This document shows, in pieces, positions 12,587 to 24,659 of a stretch of DNA of 64,000 bases (positions are counted from its first letter, which is position 1; the number at the start of each line of letters is the position of its first letter). This stretch comes from Felis catus (lineage: Eukaryota). The DNA lies in assembly GCF_018350175.1 (NCBI RefSeq), contig NC_058368.1:149360001-149424000 (forward strand). Reading direction: 5' to 3'. The translations under genes were made by a program, and so were the position numbers. The notes under the pieces were generated by a model. It did no database searches. It had not been told where the DNA came from and saw only the letters and a list, made by a program, of their open reading frames with translations.

Positions 12587-13957
12587 GTAAGTCCTACTTA
12601 TATTTTCATTATGAAAAATGATCTTTTGTATTTTAAGATCTTGTGTTTTGAATAAAAGAGTGATTTAACATGAACTTACAGACAGGATATTTTCTCAATT
12701 TACAAAGTATGTGAAAATGAAAATTGTGAGGAAATTCAAATAACTTTTCATTGCACAAGGAGGCAGATAGCTTTTAGGGCATGCTGCATGAAGTATAAAG
12801 TAGAACCTGATGTATGCACATGAAGTCTGATGCATAGAAGGTAGCCTTGAGATTGCTTGGTTTTGTCTTAACATTTTTTCTTTAGTCCAGTGTCTTATCC
12901 ATTGTTTAGCCTAGAAGTAACCATCCTCAGAGAAGTTTCAACAGATACATAGGTCTGCAGGTGTTTTGAGGGGAGCTGTTTCCTGGCTTTGTAAACATAA
13001 AAAGATTTCCTAAGCTAATTCTTAAGGCTCATATGCTATAAGATTTTTCTTGAGAGGATGTATTTGAACAGTAATATTTGAAAATGCAGAATGCAGTGTT
13101 TGATTCAAATCCAATTGATTTTCTGCTGAGTCTGTGGGAGATCACTCAGTCTCGCACCAAAATTCAAACTCCCACAAATCTACATATGTAATTTGACACT
13201 TCTGATTCACAGGAGGCCAGGATAATGGTGGAGTAGAGCTAATGGAAGTCAGAGTAATAGTGCCTAGGTGTAGTATTTACATAATGAGTTTGGAACTGAC
13301 AGTACATTTCCTACCCGTGGTAGGGGTGACAGAGGAACTAAATGAAATGTTGAGGTAACAGCAATAGATCTTACTGCACAATGTGCTGCAAACATTAAGC
13401 AATTTGAAAGGTTAATGAACAAAGCAGTGGTTCTCTTATGAGGGCCTCCTGAAAACATTAGCAAACAACAAATGAAACTGCCTAGAGCAAGAGGCAAGAT
13501 CTATAGAACTGTTCCTTTGTTTCTTTCTCTTCCCAGTGCTCTGTGGATGAAACAATAGTGACTTCAATATGAACTATGTCTTAAGAATTAATAACCAGTT
13601 GGATTAATTGCTTTCAGTCTTCTCTCAAACCAGCCATTTCTTTTAACTTGTCGTTAGTCCTCAAGAAATGCCCTGTACTGCCTTTGTTTCTGCCAAAATC
13701 ATGTCAGTTCAAAGTAACAATATAATAAAATCTTTCTAGGACTTAAAGTTCTTATTATTACTGAACAAATTAAATACAGGACAAAAACCATTTCTAAGAA
13801 AAATGTAATCACAGCTTGGAAACAAAATTCTGTCTCCCCAAAAAAGAGGTTAGCAATCTTCTATTTCTCTCCTAAGATATAATTTACTCCCTTGCTATTA
13901 CATCTTTACAGGAAGTAAAATGTATATCTAATATGCATTTTATATGGACCCTATGCT

Positions 13958-14111
13958 AGTGCTTCTCAAACTTTAATGAGCATATCAGTCACCCTGGGAT
14001 CTTGTTAAATGTAGATTCTGATTCAGTAGGTCTGGGGTGTCCAGATATTCTCCATTTCTAATGAGTTCCCAGCTGATGTTGGTGCTGCCTAGGGGAACAC
14101 TTGGGCAGTAG
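13958..14111. mobile_element. MER5-family hAT-Charlie MITE (MER5A1/5B-like)
   Basis: 'tagtgcttctcaaacttt...gggatcttgttaaatgtagattctgattcagtaggtctggggt...catttctaatgagttcccagctgatg'. Confidence 0.85.
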
Positions 14112-14527
14112 TTACCCAGACCGCTTCCACAGAACCCAGTAGAAATACTTGGGTACTTGGGTTTCGAGAAGGGGCAGGGAAGAGGGGAAAGAAGTTGGTG
14201 CTAGGCTTCATTATGCCGAAAAGCTGTGAAGGAAAGGTAACCAGATACCATTTATAATACTGTTAAATTGCACTCCTAACCTCAGTTTAATGGGGTGAAA
14301 GGAGATGATCCCCCTCACCTGCAGCATTCCAGGCCCTATACTACTTTTTGGGGATACGGTGATGAGCTAAATTTGCCAGCCTAGCTCCACATTTGTAGGG
14401 CTTAAAGTTTGTGGACACCCCTTTGTTTTTTCTCTCAGCAGTTGAGGAAGGAGGAGTATGATAAAGTAGAAATCGTGTTTTTTTATAATTAGATGGCAGA
14501 CTCAAGTTTTCTTCTTTTTACTGCTTT

Positions 14528-14626
14528 TATGAATTTGGGAAGCTCACTAAGCCTCTCTGGGTCCAATTTTCCCATGAATTTTTAAGTGAGGGGATTATCT
14601 TCCTGGTCCCTTCCAGCTTCAAAATT
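14528..14626 (+). mobile_element. MIR3/MIRc-like fragment
   Basis: 'ttgggaagctcactaagcctctctggtccaattttccca...ggtcccttccagcttcaaaatt'. Confidence 0.55.
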
Positions 14627-15234
14627 ATATGCGTATAACTAAACCATGTGACTCTAATGTAATAATTTTTTTCTAATAAGAATACTGAATTTTCATTAAA
14701 AAATAAATACTGCATTTGCAGTTAGTCCTCTTGGAAATCCATTACTCTGAATATTTTTAGCAACTACGCGTATGGATTTTTCTGCAGTGTCAATTTCAGA
14801 GTCACCTAAAAAAAATGACATTTCACATTTTACCCCTTAAAATGTTAGAGGAAGATCTAATCAAAGAGCATTGAGAGAATGTAAAATCTCTGAGAGTAAG
14901 CTCTATAATATAATTTATCTTTGTATTTTTACACAATGATTTCCCAGATTTCTTTGTAAGAAATCTCCAGTGTGTGCTGAGATTCTGTATTTCAAAGGCA
15001 CTCTCTAGACTCACTATAAAAAATATTTCAAGAGAATCCATATTTTTTCCCATAAAGACTTACACAAGACTTACTGTTGATTGACTAAAAGAAAGAAGAA
15101 TGATCAAAATCTGTCATGTGAGTGGTAAATTGCCATTTGTGCAACTATAAACAGAATGCACTAGTTAACCTCAAAATTTAAGACTTCTATTGTCTGTGCC
15201 ACCATCTAAAGTCTTATTTTATCCAGATTAAAAT

Positions 15235-15350
15235 TCATAAGTAAATCCTTAGGTTTCACGAGGGCCAAGATCATGTCTAATACACTAATCTATCCCTAGG
15301 ATGCAGAACAGCAAGTGATACCTAGTAGGTGCACATAAATACTTGTTGCC
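15235..15350 (+). mobile_element. L2 3' end fragment
   Basis: 'gagggccaagatcatgtct...tagtaggtgcacataaatacttgttg'. Confidence 0.55.
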
Positions 15351-16568
15351 TTGAACTCCATCCCAGGGTGTAACTTAGATGATGCCTGGTTTGATAGTAA
15401 AGAGGACTGAGGCAATCACCTAAAATGCCTCCACCTAGGGTTTTCTTCAACCCAGGCTGACTGGGTCTACTTTCCAAGTCCCCAGAAATTAACTGTGCTT
15501 TGCTCTTGAAGAGCAACCCTGAACCTAGAGCCATGATATCCTTTGACCCAACACCTCCAGAAGCATTTATCAGTCATCTGGATATTACCCTATGTACCTA
15601 TTGGGAATTTGTGTGGTGCAATATTTCTGCTGTGAGCCTATGAAATACATCTGTCTTGACTACTCTATAGTGCTCTAAAATCCATGCTCTCACAGAGATT
15701 TGGTTACATTCCCCTTGTTGTGAAACTGTACCCCAGTCATCTGCTTTCCAAGCAGTTTTCCCCTCTTTGTTTGAGTCTTTGTTTCCTTTCTGTTTCCTTT
15801 ACCTCTTCTCAATCCCCTCCCAGATTTTCTCCCAGAATTTTTTTTCATTTTTTAAATCTTCTTTCCCTTCCAAAGTCATGGTGGGGTGCACAGTAGGTAA
15901 AAGTAAACCATTCTCCTTTGGGCGATTCATTTGCCTAATCTATGGGCATGGGGATCAAAGGCACTAGAGATATTCACTGGACTGTGCAGGTGCAATGGTG
16001 CCCATATACGATTTCTGCCTGCACATTTTCCTTGGAAGTTCCTTGAAGAAAGGAAACTCCTTAGAATTGGAAGCACCAGAATGAGCAGTAGAAAATCACC
16101 AAAATGTGCTGAAGCATTGGGCAGCAACTTGAGTCAGGGACACTATTGACAAAAGGGAAAAGATAATAAAGCTCATGTCAATGTCTGAGGGGAGAGCCAA
16201 CCTAAGGAGGAGGTAGGCTGTTTGAGGAGAGAGTAAAACTAGATTCCGCAAAGCAGAATCTATACATAAAACACTGAATGTCTTAAATATAAATAATTTA
16301 AAAAACACTGAATGTAAAAGAAGCAAAACTAACAAAATTTGAAAAGTAATAGCACTGATTGGATCTGACTAAAGTGAAAAACTATAACATCTATACACTA
16401 CAGAAACCAAAAAAAGAGGTCGTTAGGTGGCCAAATATGCCAACAAGTTTAGCTACTTTGTTCCCACTACCCAAGTGTAGAATCATTTAAACTAGAAAAG
16501 TATGACTTTCCAGAAGAAGTTAAAACCTTTTTTCTAGAAACGATGATGGTTAAAAGTATAAACTTGGT

Positions 16569-16718
16569 GGGGGGCACACCTGGGTGGCTCAATTGGTGAA
16601 ACATCTGACTCTTAATCTCAGCTCAGGTCTTGATCTTAAGGTCATGAGTTCAAGCCCCACATGTTGCATTCTGTGTTGGGCTCTGCACTGGGCATGAAGC
16701 CTCCTTTAAAAAAAAATC
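16569..16718 (+). mobile_element. Short Can-SINE subtype lacking the (CT)n region
   Basis: tRNA-like head ggcacacctgggtggctcaattgg...gagttcaagcccc, A tail; TSD aaagtataaactt at 16553-16565 and 16719-16731. Confidence 0.9.
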
Positions 16719-16813
16719 AAAGTATAAACTTTGGGAACAGAAAGTTCTTGGTTCAATTCCTACTCTGCTCATTTGCTGACTTCATGACCTTGGGAAAACA
16801 AGCCTCACTTTCT

Positions 16814-17032
16814 TTAATTTTTTTTAACGTTTACTTATTTTTGAGAGAGAGAGACAGAGACAGACTGAGTGCTAATAGGGGAGGGACAGAGAGAGAGGGA
16901 GACACAGAATCTGAAACAGGCTCCAGGCTCTGAGCTGCCAGCACAGAGCCAGACTCGGAGCTTGAACTCACGAACCATGAGATCATGACCTGAGCTGAAG
17001 TCAGTCGCCTGACTGAACCACCCAGGTGCCTC
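16814..17032 (-). mobile_element. Feline Can-SINE (SINEC_Fc)
   Basis: Full body; perfect 17-bp TSD aacaagcctcactttct at 16797-16813 and 17033-17049. Confidence 0.97.
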
Positions 17033-17171
17033 AACAAGCCTCACTTTCTGTAAGATAAAATTCATCAAACATTCATTATAGAGCTGCTGAGAACAGTAAA
17101 TGAGTTACTATTTGTGCATCAGGGATAAAATTGTGATGAATTAGCTGGTGTGTTTTTCTTTTCAGGGAGAA

Positions 17172-17986
17172 TGTAGCACAATGTCAAAACAAAAGAGGTA
17201 GCTCTTGTTATTTAAGCACCAAAGAGATTTGAAGGGATATCTGTTGAATCAGATTTTTCTTTCACAGAGTCCCAAGCAAACCCTGGGTTGGAAAGGGGAG
17301 TAGTGACATAAGTGAGAAGGAAATTCTAAGACTACTTATGAGGGAGGGTATGACCAGTCTTGCCCTTCAAAGAAAGATGGTTCCCTCAGATACATTTGGT
17401 GATACTAGATTTATAGGGGACATTGACATGGTGGGAGAGTGACAGAATAGACATGGTTATGTGCTATTTCTAGATAGAGGACTCTGGGACTAGTCAACAT
17501 CCACTCCTGCACAGTGTGGAGCTGTTTTCCTTTGTGATCAGCATTGGAGCAGATGGTACTTTGGCAGCACTGAATCTGGGGGGCTGTTGAACTCCATGGG
17601 GGGTGGGGAATAAAACAGTGGGTGCCAGGGAATCAAGTAGGACCAAGACACATCAGTGAGGAAGGGTGATGATCACTGGTCGGATGAGACAATAAAGAGC
17701 TCAGGAGGGGTCTTCCTGAATGGGAAATGGCTGAGGACAAAATACTTCCTCCTACAAGAGACTGGACACTACATGAGTTTATTTCCGACTGCCCGCCACC
17801 CAACAGCAGTATAACTCTGAAGATGTGATCGGAAAAAAATTGTGAATGGACTTAGTTCATTTGGAAATTAGGATTCCATCTCTGCTGCTAGTGGAATGGG
17901 TTTTGAAATAGAAGTTCAGTCATGGGGAAAAAAAGTTACATTTTTGGTTCACTAAACTTGCAGTCAGTGAAACTTGTACTTTCTAT
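17172..17986 (+). mobile_element. Ancient Gypsy-like solo LTR (MamGypLTR/LTR85-88-like)
   Basis: Begins tgtagc; ends 'aaagttacatttttggttcactaaacttgcagtcagtgaaacttgtactttctata', resembling the MamGypLTR terminus; purine-rich interior. Confidence 0.5.
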
Positions 17987-18744
17987 ATTTAAAAAGAATG
18001 AGCCCCATGACTGGCACAGAGAATTAGATCTATAAAAGACAGCTGGGGTTATTATCAAGTTGGAGAACTTGTAGAGGTAGAATGAATTTAAAGTTTAAGA
18101 AATAAAACTAAAAAGTTTCTGCTTGGCACAGGGTCTGATTCAATATGAAAGGAAAAAACTTAGTAAGTTAAAGGGCTCAAGGTGGCTGGATTGTAACTTT
18201 ATTATGGCAGGAACACACTTTAGTCTTGGGTTCCTCATAACACCTAGCAGTGTTGGACTTGTTTTTACTTCATAAATAGTTGTTTAAATACCCATAACTG
18301 AGGAAAGTAAGTATCCTATTGGTGACACTGGAGTAGGAGAATAAGACAATATATGGATATTTCTTCAGAAAGAGATTTATTGGTATTCATGAAGGTTTAA
18401 ACAAGTCAACTGTCAAGGTTTTAACAGTGATTTGAAGAAAGGGGGAAGGTGAGTATGTCTGCCTTTAGCAGATTGTAGCTGTCGTAGATTGAGAGAAAAG
18501 GAGAAATCACTAGTAGGGTGGAGGAAAGTCCCCTCAAAGGACGATTCATGTTGGGGGAAATTATCTTCTGGATCATGGCAGCATGATTTCTCCAGAAAAT
18601 CTCACTGGAGGCTTTCCAGGCACACTAGACATTAGGAACTAACGTAGCCCGAGGGCTCAGGAGCTAGGCAGTAAAATAACAGATCTAATCACCCTAGTGG
18701 GTCCTGTTAGATGGAAGTTACTTTAATTTGCTGATTTTAAAAAC

Positions 18745-19337
18745 TATTTTCACTCAGATTTCTAAAATTTATGAATAGGTAATGTTTGATTCAGAAATGA
18801 CAAAACATAAAACCAAATACGGTTAAAATGTCCCTATCTCACATCCTCCATCATCCAGTTTCAAGCAACCCTTCCTCCCAACACGTGGGTAACAACTGTT
18901 ACTGCTTTCTTGATGTTCTTGATGTATCTGTAGCAAATACAAATATATTATCTTAAACCCACCCTTTCTACACAGAGGATAGCCTTGTATACATACTGTT
19001 CCGTACCTTTGTTTAATTTAACAATATATTTTGGTGATATTCCCATGTCAGTATATAGAGAATTTTCTTTTTAAAAGTTGTGTTTTACTCCATTTTATCG
19101 ATCTCTCATAATGTGGTCACTCCAATAACGCTGTACGTTTATATGAATTCCCATCATTAAAATTGCTAAACAATACGGAAGTGTATAAGTTTGCAGGTGT
19201 GTCAGTGTCATTTCTCACATGTGCTAGTATTCCTGTGACATAGATTTTCGGAACTTTTTGATCGAGGGATTACAGTGTCAAAGGGTTATATGTTTATAAT
19301 TCTGATGTTATTGCCAGATTGCCCTCTGTAGGGCTTG
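18745..19337 (-). mobile_element. Old L1 (L1ME-like) 3' end
   Basis: 'ggtaacaactgttactgctttcttg...catactgttccgtacc...aacaatatattttggtgatattcccatgtcagtatatag...tcaaagggttatatgtttataattctgatgttattgccagattgccctc'. Confidence 0.75.
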
Positions 19338-20088
19338 TTTCTTTGGAATCATTCTACGCCTCATCATCTAGTGCAGATTTGCTTTCAGAAAATCCTCAAG
19401 ATCCCCACATTGACAAGACTAGGAAACCAGTAAGGAAATCAATTCTTAAATTAAAAAAAATAGGTTACTATTCACCTTTATAATTAAACATAACAACTGA
19501 ACCCATATTACTCAGAAAGGTAACCACAGAGTTCGTTGTGATATGGTATTTTGTAACTCCAAAGGGGTGCTCAATGTCAAGTTAATATTAGAAACTGGTC
19601 TAAATTATTTGACAGATTATTATAGTTTTACTATGCACTTGAGAGTTACCAGTCTTTATAAACCTCAGAGGTAATAGGCTTATAAAGTTTTCTACCTTTG
19701 TTCAATCACAATGTCACTGAAGGAAGGAGTTAGCACCAATGTCAATAACTAAAAATCCTTGCTTATACTTACACTTAAAAATTTAGTGGAAAGAAACCCT
19801 GATCATCAAATGCCAGGTACTTGAAGATATTTTTATAGGTGATAATTGTAGTTGAAAGAGTTTTTAGAACAATGCAAAATATTTACGTGTTTTTATACAC
19901 ACATAAACATGCATCAAATAATTATCTGTAGCACTTAGCCGCTTTATATAAGAAATCTTAAGAACTTCAGCTCTGAGAGGTTGATGGTGATATGACACTT
20001 GAAGAAATGTTTGTTTAAACAAAACACAGGGTGCAGAAGGGTATGGTGCAGCTGTGAGTCCTGAGGCAAGACAGAAGGGATAGGCTGA

Positions 20089-20305
20089 GGGGCGTCTGTG
20101 TGGGTCAGCCGGGTAAGCTTCTGACTTTGGCTCAGGTCATGATCTCATGGTTCGTGAGTTCAAGCCCCACATTGGGCTCTTTGCTGAAAGCTCAGGGCCT
20201 GGAGCCTGCTTCGGATTCTGTGTCTCCCTCTCTCTCTCTGCTCCTCCCTTGCTCACATTCTGTCTCTCTCTCAAAAATAAATAAAGATTATTTTTTTTTT
20301 TTAAA
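20089..20305 (+). mobile_element. Feline Can-SINE
   Basis: Full body; 14-bp TSD aagg(g/t)ataggctga at 20075-20088 and 20306-20319. Confidence 0.96.
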
Positions 20306-21740
20306 AAGGTATAGGCTGAAAGGAAAACAAGGTCCTGCCTTGGAGGAGGAGAGGATAGGTCCCCTTCTATGTATCTGGGCAGTGACTCTGAAGCAAAAAA
20401 ATGGATGAGTGAATAGGTGAACGCTATGTTTCTTTATTTGAAGAGCGGCAGTGAAATCTGTTTTCTGACTGTAATATTTCAATAATAATGTTGTTCCCTT
20501 TTAACCTTGCTCATGTTTTTTCCCCTGAATATGTAAGTGTTCTCTAAGATAATTCTAATGTGTATCCTTTGTATTTTGATCTATGATGAAAGGCAATAAA
20601 ATGAGTGTGGAAGGCTTAGGTGAGATTGACCTGATGGGCCTGAAAGCACATCATTGGATTATAGAGCTGAATATATATATTTCAGTTTTTCCACACTAAT
20701 ATTGTTACACATTCCTCTTATATAAATGAAATCTATTTAAAGGTCAGTAGAAAAAAGCTGGCCTTGGCAATGGTGCATTTTGTTGGCTGCCTGGATTGGA
20801 ATAGAAATTATGGCACCTCAGTCTTTTCATTACAAGGGCTTTTTTCTTACGAGTCCCATGGTTCTACTTTTGGCACAGTGGTAGAAGACATTTAAGTAAT
20901 TCAATTATAATTTTAAAGTAGTATTAGGTCAGCATAAAACATAGACTTTGTTTATCCTGCAAGGCCTGGGTCAAGAGTGGTAGAATTCAGTATCTCCTAG
21001 CACCATATAATCATGTAATTTCACAGCTTTGGAGAAATTTGTTTTCTCTAACAAATGCCAAGTAGTTTATTTGGCTGAATTTTTTCCTTCAAACTATGTT
21101 AAAATTTTATTGTAGTCCTGAATTTTTTGGACCAAAGTTACTTCTAATCATGCTTCCATTTCATAATTCTTCAATTATAATGCCAAGAGATTGCTCACAG
21201 AGCAAAGAGCTGGCTCTATAGAACTCATGTCATTCTACTGCTGACCCAATCCATTATCTCCTGGCTTACTATGTTGTCTTAGGCTCTTTGAGCACAAAAA
21301 AAGTACTACTAATGTCCATTGGGCATTCTCAAGGGTAGAAAAGGGATTCAATAATTCCTTCAAAGTTTCTGTTATATTAAACTACATGCTAGGTTTCATG
21401 GATATGAATATGGATAATACCAGTCTACAAAGAACTTACTGGTTCGAAGGCAAGAACACTTTGCAACTGATGAAATAAAGCTCTATGGGGCTATTATCAG
21501 AGCACTTGCAGGGAAGAGTGAGATTCCAAAAGTAGAATTCACAGAATTTGCCTCTAAGTCATAGGGTCAAGAAAGGCACTACTTTATTCTCTCAAGTCCA
21601 AAGGAAGAGCTCAAGTTAATGACTTCTTAGCTAAACGAAGTCCTAAATATTGCTACTTGACAATGTGGAAGAAAACTGCTTAGAATAAATTCTGAGGAAA
21701 GTGACTCCTTTCTCTTTTCCAGGTTTTGTGATATAGGGCT

Positions 21741-22217
21741 TGTATTATTTTCCAAGGGCTGTTATAGCAAGGTGCCACAAACCGAGTGGCTTAAAATGAT
21801 AGAAATTCATTGTCTCATGGTTCTGGAGGCTGGAAGTATGAAGATGTTGGCAGGGCTATACTCTCTCTGAAGGAGCTGTCCCTTGCCTCATACATAGTTC
21901 TAGTAACCTCAGGTGTCCCTCAGTTTACATATGTATCATTCCAGTCCTCCATCTTCACATGGCATCTCCTCTATGTGTCTTCGTGTCATCTTCCCCTGGT
22001 GCATGCCCGTCTGTGTGTCTGTGTTTCCCTTCTTATAAGGACATCACCCACATTAGTTAGGAAAGGTCACATTCTAAGGGTTAAGACTTCAACATTTTTG
22101 GGAAGGAGAATGTATGGGTAGACACAATTCAACAGGAATAATGAAGTTAAGATGGGGTCGTTAGTGTGGGCCCCAATGCAATGTGACAATGTCCTTAAGA
22201 CAATTTGACCCATAATG
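21741..22217 (-). mobile_element. MLT1B/C-like ERVL-MaLR solo LTR, internally rearranged
   Basis: Starts tgtattattttccaagggctgttatagcaaggtgccacaaaccgagtggcttaaaa; ends acccataatg; degenerate 5-bp TSD gggct/gggtc. Confidence 0.85.
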
Positions 22218-22222
22218 GGGTC

Positions 22223-23013
22223 TATGATAGATACCATTGTCACTCTGCACAGAGCCTCTTTAGTTCAAATGGCACCCAATCTCCATTTGCTATGAGTGTT
22301 GCCTCATGATGACTCAAACTGCCCCTCTCCTGGTAATTATCTTTGGACAATTGTCCAAATTGGGTTCAGGCTGATGCTAGTCTCCAGCTGAGATCACATG
22401 CTCACTTAGCTTTGTTTTCCAGCCCTATCCTGCTTGTCTCCTCCTTGTCCTACTGAGAGCATCTCTTAATAAATCACATGAGAATCTTGTGATAGGCAGA
22501 ATGATGGCCCTCAAAGTCATCCAGATTCTAGCCCCCAGAATCTGTGAATACGTTAGGATATGTGGCAAAGGGGGAAAGTTGCAAATGGAATTAAGAATGC
22601 TAGTCAGCTCTCAGTGGACCCAGTGTAATCACAGGAGTCCCTAAAAGTAGAAGAGAGAAACAGAAGTAAGAGGGAGCTGTAATTACAGAGGAATATTTAG
22701 AGAGATGGCTTGTTGCTGACTTTAAAGATGGAATAAATGTACTATGAGCCAAGGAATGCAGTCTATGAGCTGGGAATGGAAAAAACAAAAACAAAACCTT
22801 CTCGTCTAGAGCCTCAAGAAAGGAACACCACCCAGTCCAAAATCTTGATTTTACCTTAGGGAGACCAGTGTCAGACTTTTGACCTCCACAGCTGTGAGAT
22901 AATTAGTGTAATTTTAAGCCACCAAGTTTATGGTAATTTGTTACAGTGGCAATAGGAAACTAATGCAAGTTACCCATTTCATGCTTAACTTTTAGAAAAC
23001 CTGACCTAAAGCA
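22223..23013 (+). mobile_element. LTR16-like ERVL LTR split by an MLT1D insertion
   Basis: 'ctccagctgagatcacatgctcacttagcttt...gccctatcctgctt...ctgagagcatctcttaataaatcac' (22223-22487) resumes as 'ccatttcatgcttaacttttagaaaacctgacctaaagca' (22968-23013). Confidence 0.75.
22488..22967 (+). mobile_element. MLT1D-like ERVL-MaLR solo LTR
   Basis: tgtgataggcagaatgatggccctcaaag...gccaaggaatgcag...ttttaagccaccaagtttatggtaatttgttacagtggcaataggaaactaatgca. Confidence 0.9.
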
Positions 23014-23119
23014 GGGACTTCTTTTTCGGGTACCAAAGAGGTGCTGTCTCCAATTGTCATAGTCTCCCTACATTAAAACAAATAAACAAACAAACATACA
23101 AACAGCTTGCTGGGCTTAT

Positions 23120-23345
23120 AGCAGCACAATGATAAAAGGTCTGACTTGTACACGCCAATTCCGTATTCCAAGCGTTGTACCATCACTCTCTTATATAATG
23201 GCAAGGTACATTTTTTTTTTTTTTGGCTTCCCTGCTTTCCATAAGTAAAAAGGTGGTAGTAGCCACCAATCCAGAGGGTTGTTGTGAGTTAATACACGTA
23301 AAGTGCTTGGAATTTTGGGAATGTTGAATGAATTCTAGCCATCTT
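23120..23345 (+). mobile_element. Degraded MIR
   Basis: 'cagagggttgttgtgagttaatacacgtaaagtgcttggaa' MIR 3' motif. Confidence 0.65.
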
Positions 23346-23729
23346 TATTTCCATTTGCCTAAAAAGCTCTGCATTTGCTTCTCTCTGAAGATAAAGGAGC
23401 AGTCATGAAACAAGATGACATCACTAAGATGTGATGTGTAAACACATACCAGTTTAAAACTTGTATTTTATTATCTACCACAGGAAAAAAAAACATTATG
23501 GAGTAAGGGAAACATTAGATAATTAGGGGAATGTCTGCATTATTTTCAGTTTTATCACCAAAGCCTTAGCTATATGATAGAAACATAAGGGATTTGGAAT
23601 TCTTATGATTTATTTCAGTTATGTTTAAATCTCTTCTACAGAGGATATGCTGCATAAAGTAACATTTCCCAGTCTGTTTTTAGGGCCTAAAGTAGAATTA
23701 TTTTGGAGCTGTTTAAAATGCAGATTCCT

Positions 23730-24073
23730 GGGGTGCCTAGTTGGCTCAGTTAAGCATCTAACTCTTGATTTCAGCTCAGGTCATGATCACAGATTCTCTT
23801 TCTTTCTTTTTTTTCTTTTTTACATTTTATTTATTTTTGAGAGAGAGAGAGAGAAAAAGAGAGAGAGCACAGGTAAGGGAGAGGCAGAGAGATAAGGGAG
23901 ACACAGAATCCGAAGAAGGCTCCAGGCTCTGAGCTGTCAGCACGGAACCTGACGCGCGGCTCGAACTCACAAACTGTGAGATCATGACCTGAGCCAAAGT
24001 CGGACGCTTAACCGACTGAGCCACCCAGGCACCCCAACATTCTCTCTCTCTTAAATAAATAAACTTTAAAAAA
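23730..24073 (+). mobile_element. Older Can-SINE (internally deleted) hosting a second SINE
   Basis: Head at 23730-23799, (CT)n and A tail at 24036-24073; TSD taaaatgcagatt(c/t)ctg at 23714-23730 and 24074-24090. Confidence 0.85.
23800..24035 (-). mobile_element. Feline Can-SINE nested in antisense inside another SINE
   Basis: Complete SINEC_Fc body with several CpGs retained; short TSD a(g/c)attctct. Confidence 0.95.
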
Positions 24074-24445
24074 TAAAATGCAGATTTCTGAGCACTCACC
24101 ATCACTTTGAGATGAGGCCTAAATAATAGCATTCTTAGTGATTTTCCCATTACTCTCCATGATTTTGAGAACAGTCCTCAAGTTGTTAGTGATTTGGTAC
24201 AACATATCTGAATTCTGCATGCCTCTGTTTCTACATTATTAACGTCTGATAGCAAACTATTTCTGTAAGATAGTCTTTGCATATTTTTGTTCTCTCATAA
24301 AAAAAAGAAAAAGCGTACCATCTCTGTAATACAATTAGAATTGGTCAGCCTGAACAGTGCATTTGGAGTTAAGTGATTGAAACATGAGCAAATTTTTGTT
24401 TCTTCAATTTAAGTCTTCACATTGTCTCTAAGTCATTGTTTGAAT

Positions 24446-24659
24446 TTCTTTTTTTTAATGTTTATTTATTTTTGACAGAGACAGAGACAGAATACGAGTG
24501 GGTTAGGGGCAGAGAGAGAGGGAGACACAGAAGCAGAAGCAGGCTCCAGGCTCTGAGCTGTCAGCACAGACCCCGACGCAGGGCTCGAACTCACGAGCTA
24601 TGAGATCATGACCTGAGCCAAAGTCAGACGCTCAACCGACTGAGCCACCCAGGCGCCCC
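24446..24659 (-). mobile_element. Feline Can-SINE (SINEC_Fc)
   Basis: Full body; 15-bp TSD tctaagtcattgttt at 24427-24441 and 24661-24675. Confidence 0.98.

Larger units (their letters stand above)
16543..17115 (+). mobile_element. MIR interrupted by two Can-SINEs
   Basis: Pieces 16543-16568, 16720-16813 and 17033-17115 rejoin into MIR order (tggttaaaag...tggttcaattcctactctgc...tgaccttgggaaa...gcctcactttctgtaa...atagagctgctgagaacagtaaatgagtta). Confidence 0.75.

Noticed and set aside
13510..13540. Isolated strong splice acceptors (also near 14438 and 63950) and donors (near 2183, 26415, 49100)
   Set aside because: No well-matched partner site or open frame; expected by chance in AT-rich DNA.
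20998..21020. miR-29-like sequence tagcaccat
   Set aside because: Only the first 9 nt match, the rest diverges, and I see no precursor hairpin.
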